Shown here piece after piece: positions 47,076-57,510 of a DNA stretch of 64,000 nucleotides. The stretch lies in assembly GCA_963708025.1 (NCBI GenBank), contig CAVPSB010000017.1, positions 39,617 through 103,616 on the forward strand. The letters run 5' to 3'. A model generated the notes under the pieces. That model did no database searches, was not told the origin of the DNA, and saw nothing but the letters and a program-made list of their open reading frames with translations. Position 1 is the first letter of the stretch. Each line of letters starts with the position of its first letter. The position numbers were made by a program, and so were the translations under genes. The stretch comes from an uncultured Candidatus Rokubacteria bacterium (GTDB lineage: Bacteria > Methylomirabilota > Methylomirabilia > Rokubacteriales > DASRDR01).

Positions 47076-48431
47076 ATGCCGGCATCGATCCCGTCGCATT
47101 CCCCGACCCGCGGCGTTTCCCGCCGCGCGGTCCTCAAGCTGGGCGCCGCCGCCGTCGCCGGCGCCGCCACCGGCCCCTTCGTCTGGACGCCGGCCCGCGC
47201 CCAGGGCTTCAACTGGAAGCGCTTCCAGGGCAAGGAGCTGTTCTTCCTGTTCTACAAGCACCCCTGGATCGACGAGATGGTGACGCACATCCCCGAGTTC
47301 GAGTCGATGACGGGCATGAAGGTGAAGTACGAGGTCCTGCCGGAGGTCCAGGGTCGCCAGAAGCTCATCATCGAGATGACCGGGGGCTCGGGCGGCGTGG
47401 ACGGCTTCCACTCGAGCACGCACGTCGAGAAGCGGCGCTTCTGGAAGTCGGGCTGGTACCAGCCCATCAACGCGTTCCTCGAGGACAAGTCGCTGACCCC
47501 GCCGGACTTCGACTGGAACGACATCGTGCCCGGCGCCAAGGCCGCGGTTCTCCAGCCTGACAAGACCATCAGCGGGATCCCGACCTTCGTCGATCCCTTC
47601 GTGCTCTTCTACCGCAAGGACCTCTACGCCCAGAAGGGCTGGAAGCCGCCGAAGACGGTCGCCGAGATGGAGACCCAGGCCAAGGCGCTCCACGGTCCGC
47701 CCGGCATGTACGGCATCGTGTACCGGGGGCTCAAGAACGCCAACGCGACGCCGTGGGCGTACATGCTCTTCGTCCACGGGGGCGACTACCTCACCAAGGA
47801 CGGGAAGTCGGCGATCAACGCCCCGGAGTGGGCCAGAACGATGGACACCTACGCCGGGATGCTGCGACGCTACGGACCCCCCGGCGTGGTGAACTTCAAC
47901 TGGTACGAGTCCAGCTCGGCCTTCATGCAGGGGCAGGTCGGCATCTACTTCGACGGCGTCAACTTCGCCAACCAGTTCGAGGACCCCGCGAAGTCGAAGA
48001 TCGCCGGCAAGGTCGGCTACGCCGTGCTGCCCGCCGGGCCCGGCGGCCACTACACCTGCACCTTCACCAACGCGATGGCCGTCTCCGCCCAGAGCCGGAA
48101 CAAGGAGGCGGCCTACCTGTTCTGCGCCTGGTCCACCAACAAGCAGAACGCGGTGCGGGAGCTGCTGGCCGGGGTCGGGGTGGGCCGCGCCTCGACCTGG
48201 TCGAACCCCGAGGTCAAGGCCAAGCCCAAGATGCCGCAGGAGTGGTACGACGCCTACCTGGAGTCGCTGAAGATCGGCAAGCCGGGGCTTCCCGAGATCG
48301 TGGGGGTCACCGAGTACCGGGACCTCATCGGGGTGGCGATCCAGCGAGCCATCGAGGGGGCGCCATCGGCCCAGGTCCTGGCCGACGCCCACCGCGAGTT
48401 CCAGGAGCTCCTGAACAAGACGGAAGCGTAA
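47076..48431 (+). CDS. CUT1-type ABC substrate-binding protein, Tat signal (paralog 2)
   Basis: SRRAVLK; same length as and collinear with paralog 1; AAGGAGG before ATG. Confidence 0.88.
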   Translation: MPASIPSHSPTRGVSRRAVLKLGAAAVAGAATGPFVWTPARAQGFNWKRFQGKELFFLFYKHPWIDEMVTHIPEFESMTGMKVKYEVLPEVQGRQKLIIEMTGGSGGVDGFHSSTHVEKRRFWKSGWYQPINAFLEDKSLTPPDFDWNDIVPGAKAAVLQPDKTISGIPTFVDPFVLFYRKDLYAQKGWKPPKTVAEMETQAKALHGPPGMYGIVYRGLKNANATPWAYMLFVHGGDYLTKDGKSAINAPEWARTMDTYAGMLRRYGPPGVVNFNWYESSSAFMQGQVGIYFDGVNFANQFEDPAKSKIAGKVGYAVLPAGPGGHYTCTFTNAMAVSAQSRNKEAAYLFCAWSTNKQNAVRELLAGVGVGRASTWSNPEVKAKPKMPQEWYDAYLESLKIGKPGLPEIVGVTEYRDLIGVAIQRAIEGAPSAQVLADAHREFQELLNKTEA

Positions 48432-48482
48432 CAGGGTGACCGGCGATCCCGGGGGCGTGCCTCCGGGATCGCCGCCGCATCG

Positions 48483-49424
48483 ATGAGCGTCCCGCCCGCG
48501 ACCACCGCCGTCGCCCAGGCCCAGTCACCGGCCGTCCGCACCGGGCGGGCGGGGCGCTGGGCTCACCGGCACGCCCGCTGGATCTTCCCGGCTCCGGCCG
48601 TGCTCCTCGTCGCCGCCATCATCGCCTACCCGATCGTCTACACGGTGTGGATGAGCCTCCAGGAGTGGTTCATCTCGAGTCTCACCGCGCCGAAGTTCAT
48701 CGGGGCGGCGAACTACCAGAAGATCCTGGTGGCCGACCCTCGCTTCCGTGACGCGTTCTTCCGGACGCTCTACTTCACGTTCCTGGTGGTCGCCGGCGAG
48801 ACGATCCTCGGCGTGGCCATGGCCCTCCTCTTCAACCGAGAGTTCTGGGGGCGTGGCCTCCTCCGCACGCTGGCGATCCTCCCGATGGTGGCGACACCCA
48901 CCGCCATCGCGCTGGTGTTCGTGATGATGTACCACCCCACCCTCGGCGTGGCAAACTACCTCCTCACCCTGATCGGGCTGCCGCCCTTCAAGTGGACGTA
49001 CTCCAGCCAGACGGCGCTCTACGCCCTGGCCGTGGTCGACATCTGGGAGTGGACGCCGCTCATCATGCTGATCGCGCTGGCCGGGCTGGCCAGCCTGCCC
49101 CGGGAGCCGTACGAGGCGGCGCACATCGACGGCGCCTCGACGCTCCAGGCCTTCTGGCACATCACGCTGCCGCTGCTCCGACCCGTCCTGGTGGTGGCGA
49201 TCCTGTTCCGGGCGATCGACGCGCTCAAGACCTTCGACATCATCTACATCATGACGCAGGGCGGCCCCGCCAACTCCACCGAGACCATCAACGTCCTCCT
49301 CTTCAACCAGGCCTTCTCGTACTTCAACATGGGCTACGCCTCGTCGATGGCGGTGGTCCTCTTCGCCATCGTGATGGGCGCCTCGCTGATCCTGATCAAG
49401 GTCCGGAGGACGGCGGCGTGGTGA
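48483..49424 (+). CDS. Carbohydrate ABC transporter permease
   Basis: VDIWEWTP, YEAAHIDGAS, TQGGP. Confidence 0.9.
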   Translation: MSVPPATTAVAQAQSPAVRTGRAGRWAHRHARWIFPAPAVLLVAAIIAYPIVYTVWMSLQEWFISSLTAPKFIGAANYQKILVADPRFRDAFFRTLYFTFLVVAGETILGVAMALLFNREFWGRGLLRTLAILPMVATPTAIALVFVMMYHPTLGVANYLLTLIGLPPFKWTYSSQTALYALAVVDIWEWTPLIMLIALAGLASLPREPYEAAHIDGASTLQAFWHITLPLLRPVLVVAILFRAIDALKTFDIIYIMTQGGPANSTETINVLLFNQAFSYFNMGYASSMAVVLFAIVMGASLILIKVRRTAAW

Positions 49425-50248
49425 AGCGTCGGATCCCCCCCTGGCTGAGCACGGCCGGCTTCTACGCGCTGGCTGGGCTGTTCATGCTGCCGACGATCTT
49501 CGTCTTCTACTGGATGATCACGCTGTCGCTGAAGCCCCAGGTGGAGGCGACGGCGTTTCCGCCGTCGTTCTTCCGCTTCCCGCTGACCACCCGGGGCTAC
49601 CAGGAGGTCTTCACCAAGTACCCCTTCGTCCTCTACACTTGGAACAGCCTGGTCGTCGCCCTCGGCTCGACCGCCCTCGGGCTGGCCGTCGGCCTCCCCG
49701 CCGCTTACTCCATCGCCCGGTGGCGGCAGCAGGGCCTGGCGCTGACGATCCTGGCCGCCCGGATCATCCCGGGGATCTCCTACCTGATCCCCTGGTACGT
49801 CTTCTTCCGCCAGCTCAAGATGGTCGACACCTACGGCGCGCTGATCCTGACCCACCTCATCGTGAGTCTCCCGATCACCATCTGGGTCATGATCGGCTTC
49901 TTCGAGGACGTGCCGGCCGAGCTGGAGGACGCCTCGCTGATCGACGGCTGCTCCTACTACGGCAGCTTCTGGCGGGTCGCGCTGCCCCTGGTGAAGCCGG
50001 GGGTGGTCGCGACCGGGATCCTGGCCTTCGTCTTCTCGTGGAACAACTTCCTGTTCTCGGTGATCCTGGCCGGCCGGCAGACCCGCACGCTCCCCATCGC
50101 GGTCTTCAACATGATCTCCTACGAGGAGATCAACTGGGGGACGCTGGCCGCCGCCGCCACCCTGATCACGCTGCCGGTGCTGCTGCTGGCGCTGGTCGTC
50201 CAGCGCCACATCGTCACCGGGCTCACCTTCGGCGCCGTGAAGCAGTAG
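49421..50248 (+). CDS. Carbohydrate ABC transporter permease
   Basis: LEDASLIDG, FSWNNF, GLTFGAVK. Confidence 0.9.
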   Translation: MKRRIPPWLSTAGFYALAGLFMLPTIFVFYWMITLSLKPQVEATAFPPSFFRFPLTTRGYQEVFTKYPFVLYTWNSLVVALGSTALGLAVGLPAAYSIARWRQQGLALTILAARIIPGISYLIPWYVFFRQLKMVDTYGALILTHLIVSLPITIWVMIGFFEDVPAELEDASLIDGCSYYGSFWRVALPLVKPGVVATGILAFVFSWNNFLFSVILAGRQTRTLPIAVFNMISYEEINWGTLAAAATLITLPVLLLALVVQRHIVTGLTFGAVKQ

Positions 50249-50260
50249 CGGGAGGGAACC

Positions 50261-51619
50261 ATGAAAGCGTACCGCGTGTCGTTCGGCGGCCTGGCCGCGA
50301 TCTTCGGCCTGATCCTCGTCACCGGACCGGCGGCCGCCCAGGGCGTGACGAACCTGGCGGCCCGCGAGGCGGGCGGGCACCTGGTCTTCTTCAGCAGCCA
50401 GTACGACGATTCCCAGTGGAAGGCCGAGCACCTCATCGACGGCTCGCCGCAGCAGGGGTGGGCCGGCCAGAACAAGGGCGCCCAGTCGGTGATCATCGCG
50501 TTCAAGGACAAGGCTCTGGCCGAAGTCCACGACGTCGTCATCAACCCGTACACCAAGGAGGACCCTTCCACCTGGGCCAAGGACGTCGAGGTGCAGGTGT
50601 CCACCACCTACCCGTTCCGCGACTTTCGCTCGGTCGGCACCTTCACGCTCAAGAAGGAGGGCAACGACCAGGTCTTCTCGTTCCCCAAGCCGACGCCGGC
50701 TCGCTACGTGAAGATCCGCTTCCTCAGCAACCACGGCGGCTCCTACATGGAGGCCGGCGAGATCCAGGTGATGGGGCAGCTGCTCCCGCAGGCGGCGGCG
50801 GCCCCCGGCTACACCAACGTGGCGGCGGCCGGCGCCGGCGCCCGGATCGAGAAGTTCACCAGCCAGTACGACGACTCCTGGGCGGCCAAGCACCTCATCG
50901 AGGAGGACGGAAGCCGCCAGTGGGCCGGCAAGTCGGCGGGGTCCCAGGAGGTGGTCGTCGCGCTGCCGGCCGTCACCGAGATCACCGACGTCGCGATCAA
51001 CAACTACTCGAAGGAAGACCCGGCCACCTGGGCCAAGGACGTCGAGGTCGAGGTCTCCTCGACGGTCGCCTACAAGGACTACAAGCCGATCGGCAAGCTG
51101 TCGATGCCGCAGATCGGCGATCTCCACACGATCTCCCTCGCCGCGCCGGTGGCCGCCCGCTACGTCAAGGTGCTGTTCCGCACGAACCACGGGGGCAGCT
51201 ACATGGAGGCGGCGCGGATCCGCGTGTACAGGACCGACGCCGCCGGAGGCAAGACGGTGGCCCAGCAGCTTACCGAGACGGGACGCGCGGTGGTCCGGGA
51301 GATCCGGTTTGCCACCAACTCGGCCCAGATCCTGCCCGAGTCGGCCGCGGTCCTGAGTCAGATCGCCCGGGTGCTCAAGGACGACCCGAAGCTGGAGCTG
51401 ATCATCGAAGGCCACACGGACAACGTGGGCGGACCTGACTTCAACCTGGACCTCTCGCGCAAGCGGGCGGAGGCGGTCAAGCGGTGGCTGGCCGACAAGG
51501 AGGGCGTCAGCGAGGTGCGGCTGGCGACCGTGGGCTACGGGCTGACCCGGCCGGTGGCCGACAACGGCACCGAGGACGGGCGAGGCCAGAACCGCCGGGT
51601 CGAGCTACTGAAGAAGTAG
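50261..51619 (+). CDS. Exported protein with two discoidin/F5-8 type C-like domains and a C-terminal OmpA-like domain
   Basis: Internal repeat SQYDDS.W.A.HLI...WAKDVEV...ARYVK...NHGGSYMEA twice; EGHTD..G..N..LS..RA, GYG, QNRRVE. Confidence 0.85.
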   Translation: MKAYRVSFGGLAAIFGLILVTGPAAAQGVTNLAAREAGGHLVFFSSQYDDSQWKAEHLIDGSPQQGWAGQNKGAQSVIIAFKDKALAEVHDVVINPYTKEDPSTWAKDVEVQVSTTYPFRDFRSVGTFTLKKEGNDQVFSFPKPTPARYVKIRFLSNHGGSYMEAGEIQVMGQLLPQAAAAPGYTNVAAAGAGARIEKFTSQYDDSWAAKHLIEEDGSRQWAGKSAGSQEVVVALPAVTEITDVAINNYSKEDPATWAKDVEVEVSSTVAYKDYKPIGKLSMPQIGDLHTISLAAPVAARYVKVLFRTNHGGSYMEAARIRVYRTDAAGGKTVAQQLTETGRAVVREIRFATNSAQILPESAAVLSQIARVLKDDPKLELIIEGHTDNVGGPDFNLDLSRKRAEAVKRWLADKEGVSEVRLATVGYGLTRPVADNGTEDGRGQNRRVELLKK

Positions 51620-51622
51620 CCC

Positions 51623-51862
51623 ATGGTGGCCACCGGACTCCGCGCCGCCTGGAACGCGTGGAGGCGGCTGGCCCGGCGGATCGGGGACATCCAGGCCCGG
51701 ATCCTGCTGACGCTGTTCTACTACGTGGTACTCGGCCCGTTCGCCCTGGTGCTCCGCTGGCGGAGCGACCCCCTCGCCCTCGAGCGTGGCGTCTCCGGGG
51801 GCTGGCGAGCCCGGTCGGAGTCGCTCGAAGCGCCGATGGCGCAGGCGCACCGGCAGTCCTGA
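51623..51862 (+). CDS. SxtJ-like small membrane protein
   Basis: AWRRLARRIG..ARILLTLFYYVVLGPFAL..DPL; directly before carbamoyltransferase. Confidence 0.75.
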   Translation: MVATGLRAAWNAWRRLARRIGDIQARILLTLFYYVVLGPFALVLRWRSDPLALERGVSGGWRARSESLEAPMAQAHRQS

Positions 51863-53658
51863 TGGACATCCTGGGCATCTCCTGCTATTTCCACGACGCC
51901 GCGGCGGCGCTGGTCCGTGACGGCCAGCTGGTGGCGGCGGCCGAGGAAGAGCGATTCACCCGGAAGAAGCACGACTACGCGTTCCCCCAGCACGCCATCG
52001 ACTTCTGCCTGGAAACCGGCGGCATCCCGGCCAGCGCGCTCGACTACGTCGTCTTCTTCGAGAAGCCCTTCGTCAAGTTCGAGCGGCTGCTGCTCTCCTG
52101 CATGCAGACCTTCCCTCGGTCGCGCCGGCTTTTCCAGGAAGCCATGATCACCTGGCTCTGCGACAAGGTCTGGATCCGGCATCTCATCCAGACTCGGCTG
52201 GGCGTCCCCGCCGCCCGGATCCTCTTCAGCGAGCACCACCTCTCCCACGCCGCCAGCGCCTTCTTCTGCTCGCCCTTCGACGAGGCCGCGATCCTCACCG
52301 TGGACGGGGTCGGCGAATGGACGACCGCCTCGATCGGCATCGGTCGTCGCCGGGAGCTCCGGCTGCTGAAGGAGGTGCGCTTTCCCCACTCCCTGGGGCT
52401 GCTCTACAGCGCCTTCACCGCCTTCCTCGGGTTCGAGGTCAACGAGGGCGAGTACAAGGTCATGGGCATGGCGCCCTTCGGCGTGCCCCGCTACGCCGAC
52501 CAGGTGTCCCGGCTCATCCACGTCGGGGACGACGGGAGCTTCGAGCTGGACATGGACTACTTCTCCTTCCATCACTCCAGCGAGCAGACGTTCAGCCCGC
52601 GGTTCGTCGAGCTGTTCGGCCCGCCGCGCGATCCCAAGGCGCACTTCTTCACCCCCACCAGCGGGTATGCCTCCTACTTCGGCCCGCGGCCCGCGACGTA
52701 CGAGGCCGACGCCCGGCAGAACCAGCACTACGCCGACCTCGCCGCCAGCGTCCAGGCGGTGCTGGAAGACGTGCTGCTCAAGATGGCTCGCTGCGCCCAT
52801 CGGGACACGGGGCTGGACCGGCTCTGCCTGGCCGGCGGGGTCGCGCTGAACAGCGTGGCCAACGGCCGCATCTTGAGAGAGACGCCGTTCCGGGAGATCT
52901 ACATCCAGCCGGCCGCCGGCGACTGCGGGGGCGCGCTCGGCGCGGCGCTCTACGCCTATCACGTGCTGCTCGGACAGCCGCGCGGGTTCGTCATGGAGCA
53001 CGCGGCGTGGGGCAAAGGGTACGGGGCCGGTGAGGTCGAGGCGTTCCTGCACGCCAGCGGCATCCGCTACGAGCGGCTCGACGACGAGGAGAGCCTGCTG
53101 GATCGTGTCGTCGATCGACTCCAGGACGGCAAGGTGATCGGCTGGTTCCAGGGGCGCTTCGAGTGGGGGCCGCGCGCGCTCGGCCACCGGAGCATCCTCG
53201 CCGATCCCCGGCGGGCGGAGATGAAGGACCTCGTCAACGTGAAGATCAAGTACCGCGAGCCGTTCCGACCGTTCGCCCCGTCGGTGCTGGCGGAGCGGGC
53301 CGAGGAGTACTTCGTCCTGCCCGACGCGGTCCGGCAGTACCCGGCGCGATTCATGCTATACGTGGTAGACGTGGTAGAGCAGAAGCGCGGCGTCATCCCC
53401 GCCGTGACCCACGTCGACGGCACGGCGCGGCTCCAGACGGTTCGGGTCGAGACCGCCCCCCGCTACTACCGTCTGATCGAGCGCTTCGGGAAGGCGACCG
53501 GGGTGCCGCTGGTGCTCAACACCTCCTTCAACCTGAAGGGGGAGCCGATCGTCAATACCCCGGCCGAGGCCTTTCGCACGTTCGCCCAGAGCGGGATGGA
53601 AATCCTCGTGCTGGGCGACTGCGTGATCGAGAAGGCCGGGGCGACCGGCGGGGCCTGA
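51862..53658 (+). CDS. O-carbamoyltransferase (NodU/CmcH family)
   Basis: FHDAAAAL, EEERF, EHHLSHAASAF, DGVGE, EYKVMG, GPRALGHRSIL, FRPFAP, NTSFN. Confidence 0.95.
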   Translation: MDILGISCYFHDAAAALVRDGQLVAAAEEERFTRKKHDYAFPQHAIDFCLETGGIPASALDYVVFFEKPFVKFERLLLSCMQTFPRSRRLFQEAMITWLCDKVWIRHLIQTRLGVPAARILFSEHHLSHAASAFFCSPFDEAAILTVDGVGEWTTASIGIGRRRELRLLKEVRFPHSLGLLYSAFTAFLGFEVNEGEYKVMGMAPFGVPRYADQVSRLIHVGDDGSFELDMDYFSFHHSSEQTFSPRFVELFGPPRDPKAHFFTPTSGYASYFGPRPATYEADARQNQHYADLAASVQAVLEDVLLKMARCAHRDTGLDRLCLAGGVALNSVANGRILRETPFREIYIQPAAGDCGGALGAALYAYHVLLGQPRGFVMEHAAWGKGYGAGEVEAFLHASGIRYERLDDEESLLDRVVDRLQDGKVIGWFQGRFEWGPRALGHRSILADPRRAEMKDLVNVKIKYREPFRPFAPSVLAERAEEYFVLPDAVRQYPARFMLYVVDVVEQKRGVIPAVTHVDGTARLQTVRVETAPRYYRLIERFGKATGVPLVLNTSFNLKGEPIVNTPAEAFRTFAQSGMEILVLGDCVIEKAGATGGA

Positions 53659-53665
53659 TCGCCCC

Positions 53666-53845
53666 ATGCGCCTGGGCGAGCGGATCGCCAATCGGGCCGG
53701 CATCGCCGGTGAGCTGCTGCAGTTCTTCTGGCAGCGCAAGTGGTGGTGGCTCACCCCGATGATCCTCGTCCTGCTCCTCCTCGGCGGCCTGATCATCTTC
53801 GCCCAGAGCTCGGCCATCGCGCCCTTCATCTACACCCTCTTCTGA
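53666..53845 (+). CDS. SxtK-like (DUF5989-type) small membrane protein, absent from ORF track
   Basis: MRLGERIANRAGIAGELLQFFWQRKWWWLTPMILVLLLLGGLIIFAQSSAIAPFIYTLF. Confidence 0.85.
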   Translation: MRLGERIANRAGIAGELLQFFWQRKWWWLTPMILVLLLLGGLIIFAQSSAIAPFIYTLF

Positions 53846-53870
53846 CACCCGGAGCGAAGGGCCCCCGCCG

Positions 53871-55813
53871 ATGGCGGTCCGGGAGCCGGCCGGGGCGATG
53901 AGGCGGGCGTGGCGCTCGCCGCGCATGTGGACGGCGGCCGCCGTCGTCTGCGCCCTGATTGCCGTGGTCGTGGCGGGCGTCGCCCGGCACGTGGTCTTCG
54001 ACCTCGTCGCCGAGGACCACGCCCGCTCCGTCGCACGGTTCGCCAGTGGCGCCGGCGAGATCGACGTGGACCCGCGGACCCCGTGGGCCCAGCTCCCGTG
54101 GATCCTCCCCGGCCCCAACGACGCCTGGGCGGGCGGCACCGTGCACGCGCTCACGCTGCCTCTCGGCCGCCGACCGCTCCGCGCCCTCGTGCTGTACGTC
54201 AACGTCGACGATCCGCGGACGCTCCAGCCGCCGGCCTCTCTCGTCCGGCGGGAGGCCGCGGTCCCCCCCGCGCCATCCACCGCCCCGGCCCGGCTCGAGG
54301 TCGCGGTGAACGGGGCCCCGGTCGCCACGCTCGACCCCCGGGCGGCGACCGGACGCCCGGCGGCCGGCCCCGACCCCAACACCCGCCGCCGGCACCGGGT
54401 CGAGATCCCCGCCCGCGCCCTCGGCGACGGCGCCAGCGTCCGAATCTCCCTCACGAATCGCGCCGGCCCGGGGATCGCGCTGGAGCGACTGCGCCTCGTC
54501 GAAGCGACCCCCACCTTCGGCTGGGGCCACTGGCGGCGCCGGGGCCGCGTCCCCCGGAAAGCGCGGTCTTCCTGGCCGCGAGCCTCGGCGTCCTCGTCGC
54601 CTGGCACGCCGGAGGGCTGGCGGTGGAGCCGTGGTGGCGCCGGGTGACGGGAGTCACCGGCGGCGTGGCGGGCCTGGGGCTCCTGGGCGCGGCCTCCACG
54701 CTGCCGACGGACTTCGCGCTGGTCGCCGACGTCCCGCGCTGGCAGTGGCTCGCGGTGCCCTGGGTGCTCCTGCTCCTGGTGGGACCCCGCCGGACGAGAG
54801 CCGGGGAATCACCCGGCCCGAGCCGGGCCCGGGCCGGCGGGATCCTGGTCAACGCCACGGTGGGGCTGGTCGCCCTCGCCGTCTCCCTCGTGGCTGCCGA
54901 GCTGGCCGTGCGCTTCGCCTTTCGTGGGGTCACGTCGGCAGCCGACACCCGGACGTACTTCAACCGGCCGGTGGTGGAGCGGAACTCCCTCGGCTTCCGC
55001 GAGCGCGAGTTCCGGCTGGCCAAGCCAGAAAACACCTACCGGATCGTGGTGCTCGGCGATTCGCTCACGTGGGGCATCGGCGTGTCGAGCCGGGAGCGCT
55101 TCAGCAACCTGCTCGAAGCGCGCCTCACGGCCGGACGGCGGGCCGACCTGACGTACGAGGTGTTGAACTTCGCCCAGTCCGGGTGGGACACCGAGTCCGA
55201 GCTGGCGGCGCTCCGATCCCTGATCCCGACGGCCGGCCCGGACTTCGTGCTCTTGTAGTGGTACGTGAATGACTTCGAGAACGACGAGCGGAGCGAGCGC
55301 CCGCAGCCGGCGTTCCTCACACCGTGGGACGCCGCGAACGCGGTCCTCCTCCGGAACTCGGCGCTCTACTCGAGGCTGCAGGAGCAGTGGGTGATCGCCC
55401 AGGAGAAGCTGGGGCTGGTCGAAACGTATCCCGACTACATGTACCGGCGCTTCGGCGACCCCGACGGCCCGCATTCGACGTACGCGATCGAGCGCATCCA
55501 GGAGTTCATCGACGAGTGCCGGAGGCACGGCATCGGGGTGAGCCTCGTCCTGTTCCCCCACGTCGACCCGGACCTGTCGGCGGGACGGTACCGGTACGAT
55601 TACCTCCACGACCGGGTGCTCGAAGCCTGTCGGCGGGAGCGGATCACCTGCGTGGACCTGCGCTCGACCTTCGCCGCCTACCCCGACTACCTGACGCTGT
55701 GGGCGACTCGCCTGGACCCCCACCCCAGCGCGCTCGCCCACCGGCTGGCCGCCGACCGGCTCATGGAGATGTGGGGGCCGTTTTGGCTCCAGGCGCGGCC
55801 ACGCGCCGGCTGA
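53871..55813 (+). CDS. Membrane-anchored SGNH/GDSL hydrolase, frameshift near 54560 and in-frame TAG at 55256
   Basis: NSLGFRERE, RIVVLGDSLTWG, EVLNFA, PDFVLL*WYVND, DPHPSALAH. Confidence 0.75.
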
Positions 55814-55827
55814 CGTCGGGTCGGGGG

Positions 55828-57411
55828 CTACCCGAGGCTGCGGCGCTCGTCGCGCCGGAGCTTGTACTCGATGGAGTCGACCAGGGCCTGCCAGGAGGCG
55901 TCGATGATGTTGTGGGCGACGCCTACCGTTCCCCACGTCTCCTCGCCGTCGCCGGAGGTGATGAGCACGCGGGTCTTGGCCGCGGTCCCCTTCGACTCGT
56001 CGAGAATCCTGACCTTGTAGTCGAGTAGCGTCATTTCCTTGAGGTTCGGGTAGAACTCCTCGAGCGCCTTCCGGAGGGCGTGGTCGAGGGCGTTGACGGG
56101 ACCGTTGCCGGCCGCCGCCGTGTGCTCGGCCATCCCCTTGACCCGGACGCGGACCGTCGCCTCGGCGAACGGCTCCCGGTCGCCGTTCCGGGCCTCGACG
56201 GTGACCCGATAGCCGTCCAGCTCGAAGTACGAGCGGTGGTTGCCGAGCGCTCGCTCCATCAAGAGCTCGAACGACGCCTCGGCGCCCTCGAAGAGGTAGC
56301 CCTGGTCCTCGAGCGCCTTGAGGGTCTCGAGGATCCGCCGCGTCTCCGGCGTGTCCTTGTCGAGGTCGATGCCGTACTCCTGGGCCTTCCACAGGATGTT
56401 CGACTTGCCGGCCAGCTCGGAGACCAGCACGCGCCGCCGGTTGCCGACCAGCTCCGGGCTCACGTGCTCGTAGGTCTCGGGGTGCTTGAGGACCGCCGAG
56501 ACGTGCATCCCCGCCTTGTGGGCGAAGGCCGAGTCGCCGACGAAGGGCTGGTGCTGCCACGGCGTCCGGTTGGCCAGCTCCGAGGCGAACCGGGCGACGT
56601 CACGCAGCTCCCGCAGGTGCAGGTCGGGGATGGCCTGGACGCCGAGCTTGAGCATCAGGTTCGGGATGATCGAGACCAGGTTGGCGTTGCCGCAGCGCTC
56701 CCCGTAGCCGTTGACGGTGCCCTGGACCTGCTCGGCACCCTCCAGCACGGCGGCCAGCGAGTTGGCCACCGCGCACTCGCCATCGTTGTGGGCATGGATG
56801 CCGAGCGGCGCCGTCACGTGACGCCGGACCTCGCGCACGATCTCGGCGATCTCGTGCGGCAGCGTGCCGCCGTTCGTGTCGCACAGGACGAGGCAGCGAG
56901 CGCCGGCCGCCTCGGCCACCTTCAGGGTCTGGAGCGCGTACTCCCGATCCCGCTTCACGCCGTCGAAGAAGTGCTCGGCGTCGTAGATGGCCTCCTCGAA
57001 GTGGCGGGCGAGGAAGGCCACGGAGTCGGCGATCATCGCCAGGTTCTCGGGGAGCGTCGTCTGGAGCGCGTGGGTAACGTGAAACGGCCACGACTTGCCG
57101 AAGATGGTCGCGACCGGCGCGCGCGCCTCCACCAGGGCCTGCAGGCTCGGGTCGTCCTCGGCCCGGATGCCGGCCCGCCGGGTGGCGCCGAAGGCCGCCA
57201 CCCGGGCGTGCTTGAGCGGGACGTCCTGGATCCGTCGGAAGAACCGCATGTCCTTCGGGTTGGAGCCCGGCCAGCCGCCCTCGATGTAGTGGACCCCGAG
57301 AGCGTCCAGCCGCTGGGCGAGCCGGACCTTGTCTTCCATCGAGAAGGCGACGCCCTCGCCCTGGGTCCCGTCCCGGAGGGTGGTGTCATAGATCTTCACG
57401 AGCCGGGCCAT
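55828..57411 (-). CDS. cimA: Citramalate synthase
   Basis: [55 protein letters not shown]. Confidence 0.92.
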   Translation of the reverse strand: MARLVKIYDTTLRDGTQGEGVAFSMEDKVRLAQRLDALGVHYIEGGWPGSNPKDMRFFRRIQDVPLKHARVAAFGATRRAGIRAEDDPSLQALVEARAPVATIFGKSWPFHVTHALQTTLPENLAMIADSVAFLARHFEEAIYDAEHFFDGVKRDREYALQTLKVAEAAGARCLVLCDTNGGTLPHEIAEIVREVRRHVTAPLGIHAHNDGECAVANSLAAVLEGAEQVQGTVNGYGERCGNANLVSIIPNLMLKLGVQAIPDLHLRELRDVARFASELANRTPWQHQPFVGDSAFAHKAGMHVSAVLKHPETYEHVSPELVGNRRRVLVSELAGKSNILWKAQEYGIDLDKDTPETRRILETLKALEDQGYLFEGAEASFELLMERALGNHRSYFELDGYRVTVEARNGDREPFAEATVRVRVKGMAEHTAAAGNGPVNALDHALRKALEEFYPNLKEMTLLDYKVRILDESKGTAAKTRVLITSGDGEETWGTVGVAHNIIDASWQALVDSIEYKLRRDERRSLG

Positions 57412-57476
57412 GACACTGCCATCCTCTCTTCCGCGGCGAGCGGAAACTGCCCGCCGGGATGAAAAAAGTAGCCCCC

Positions 57477-57506
57477 ACCATAGCGGCCGGTCCGCGCGAT
57501 TGTCAA
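57477..57506 (-). promoter_or_regulatory. Putative sigma-70 promoter of cimA
   Basis: TTGACA-18 nt-TATGGT on minus strand. Confidence 0.55.
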
Positions 57507-57510
57507 GGTA

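Noticed and set aside
51623-55813. Saxitoxin biosynthesis cluster
   Set aside because: Only sxtI/J/K/L-like genes are present; no sxtA PKS-like, amidinotransferase or other core genes
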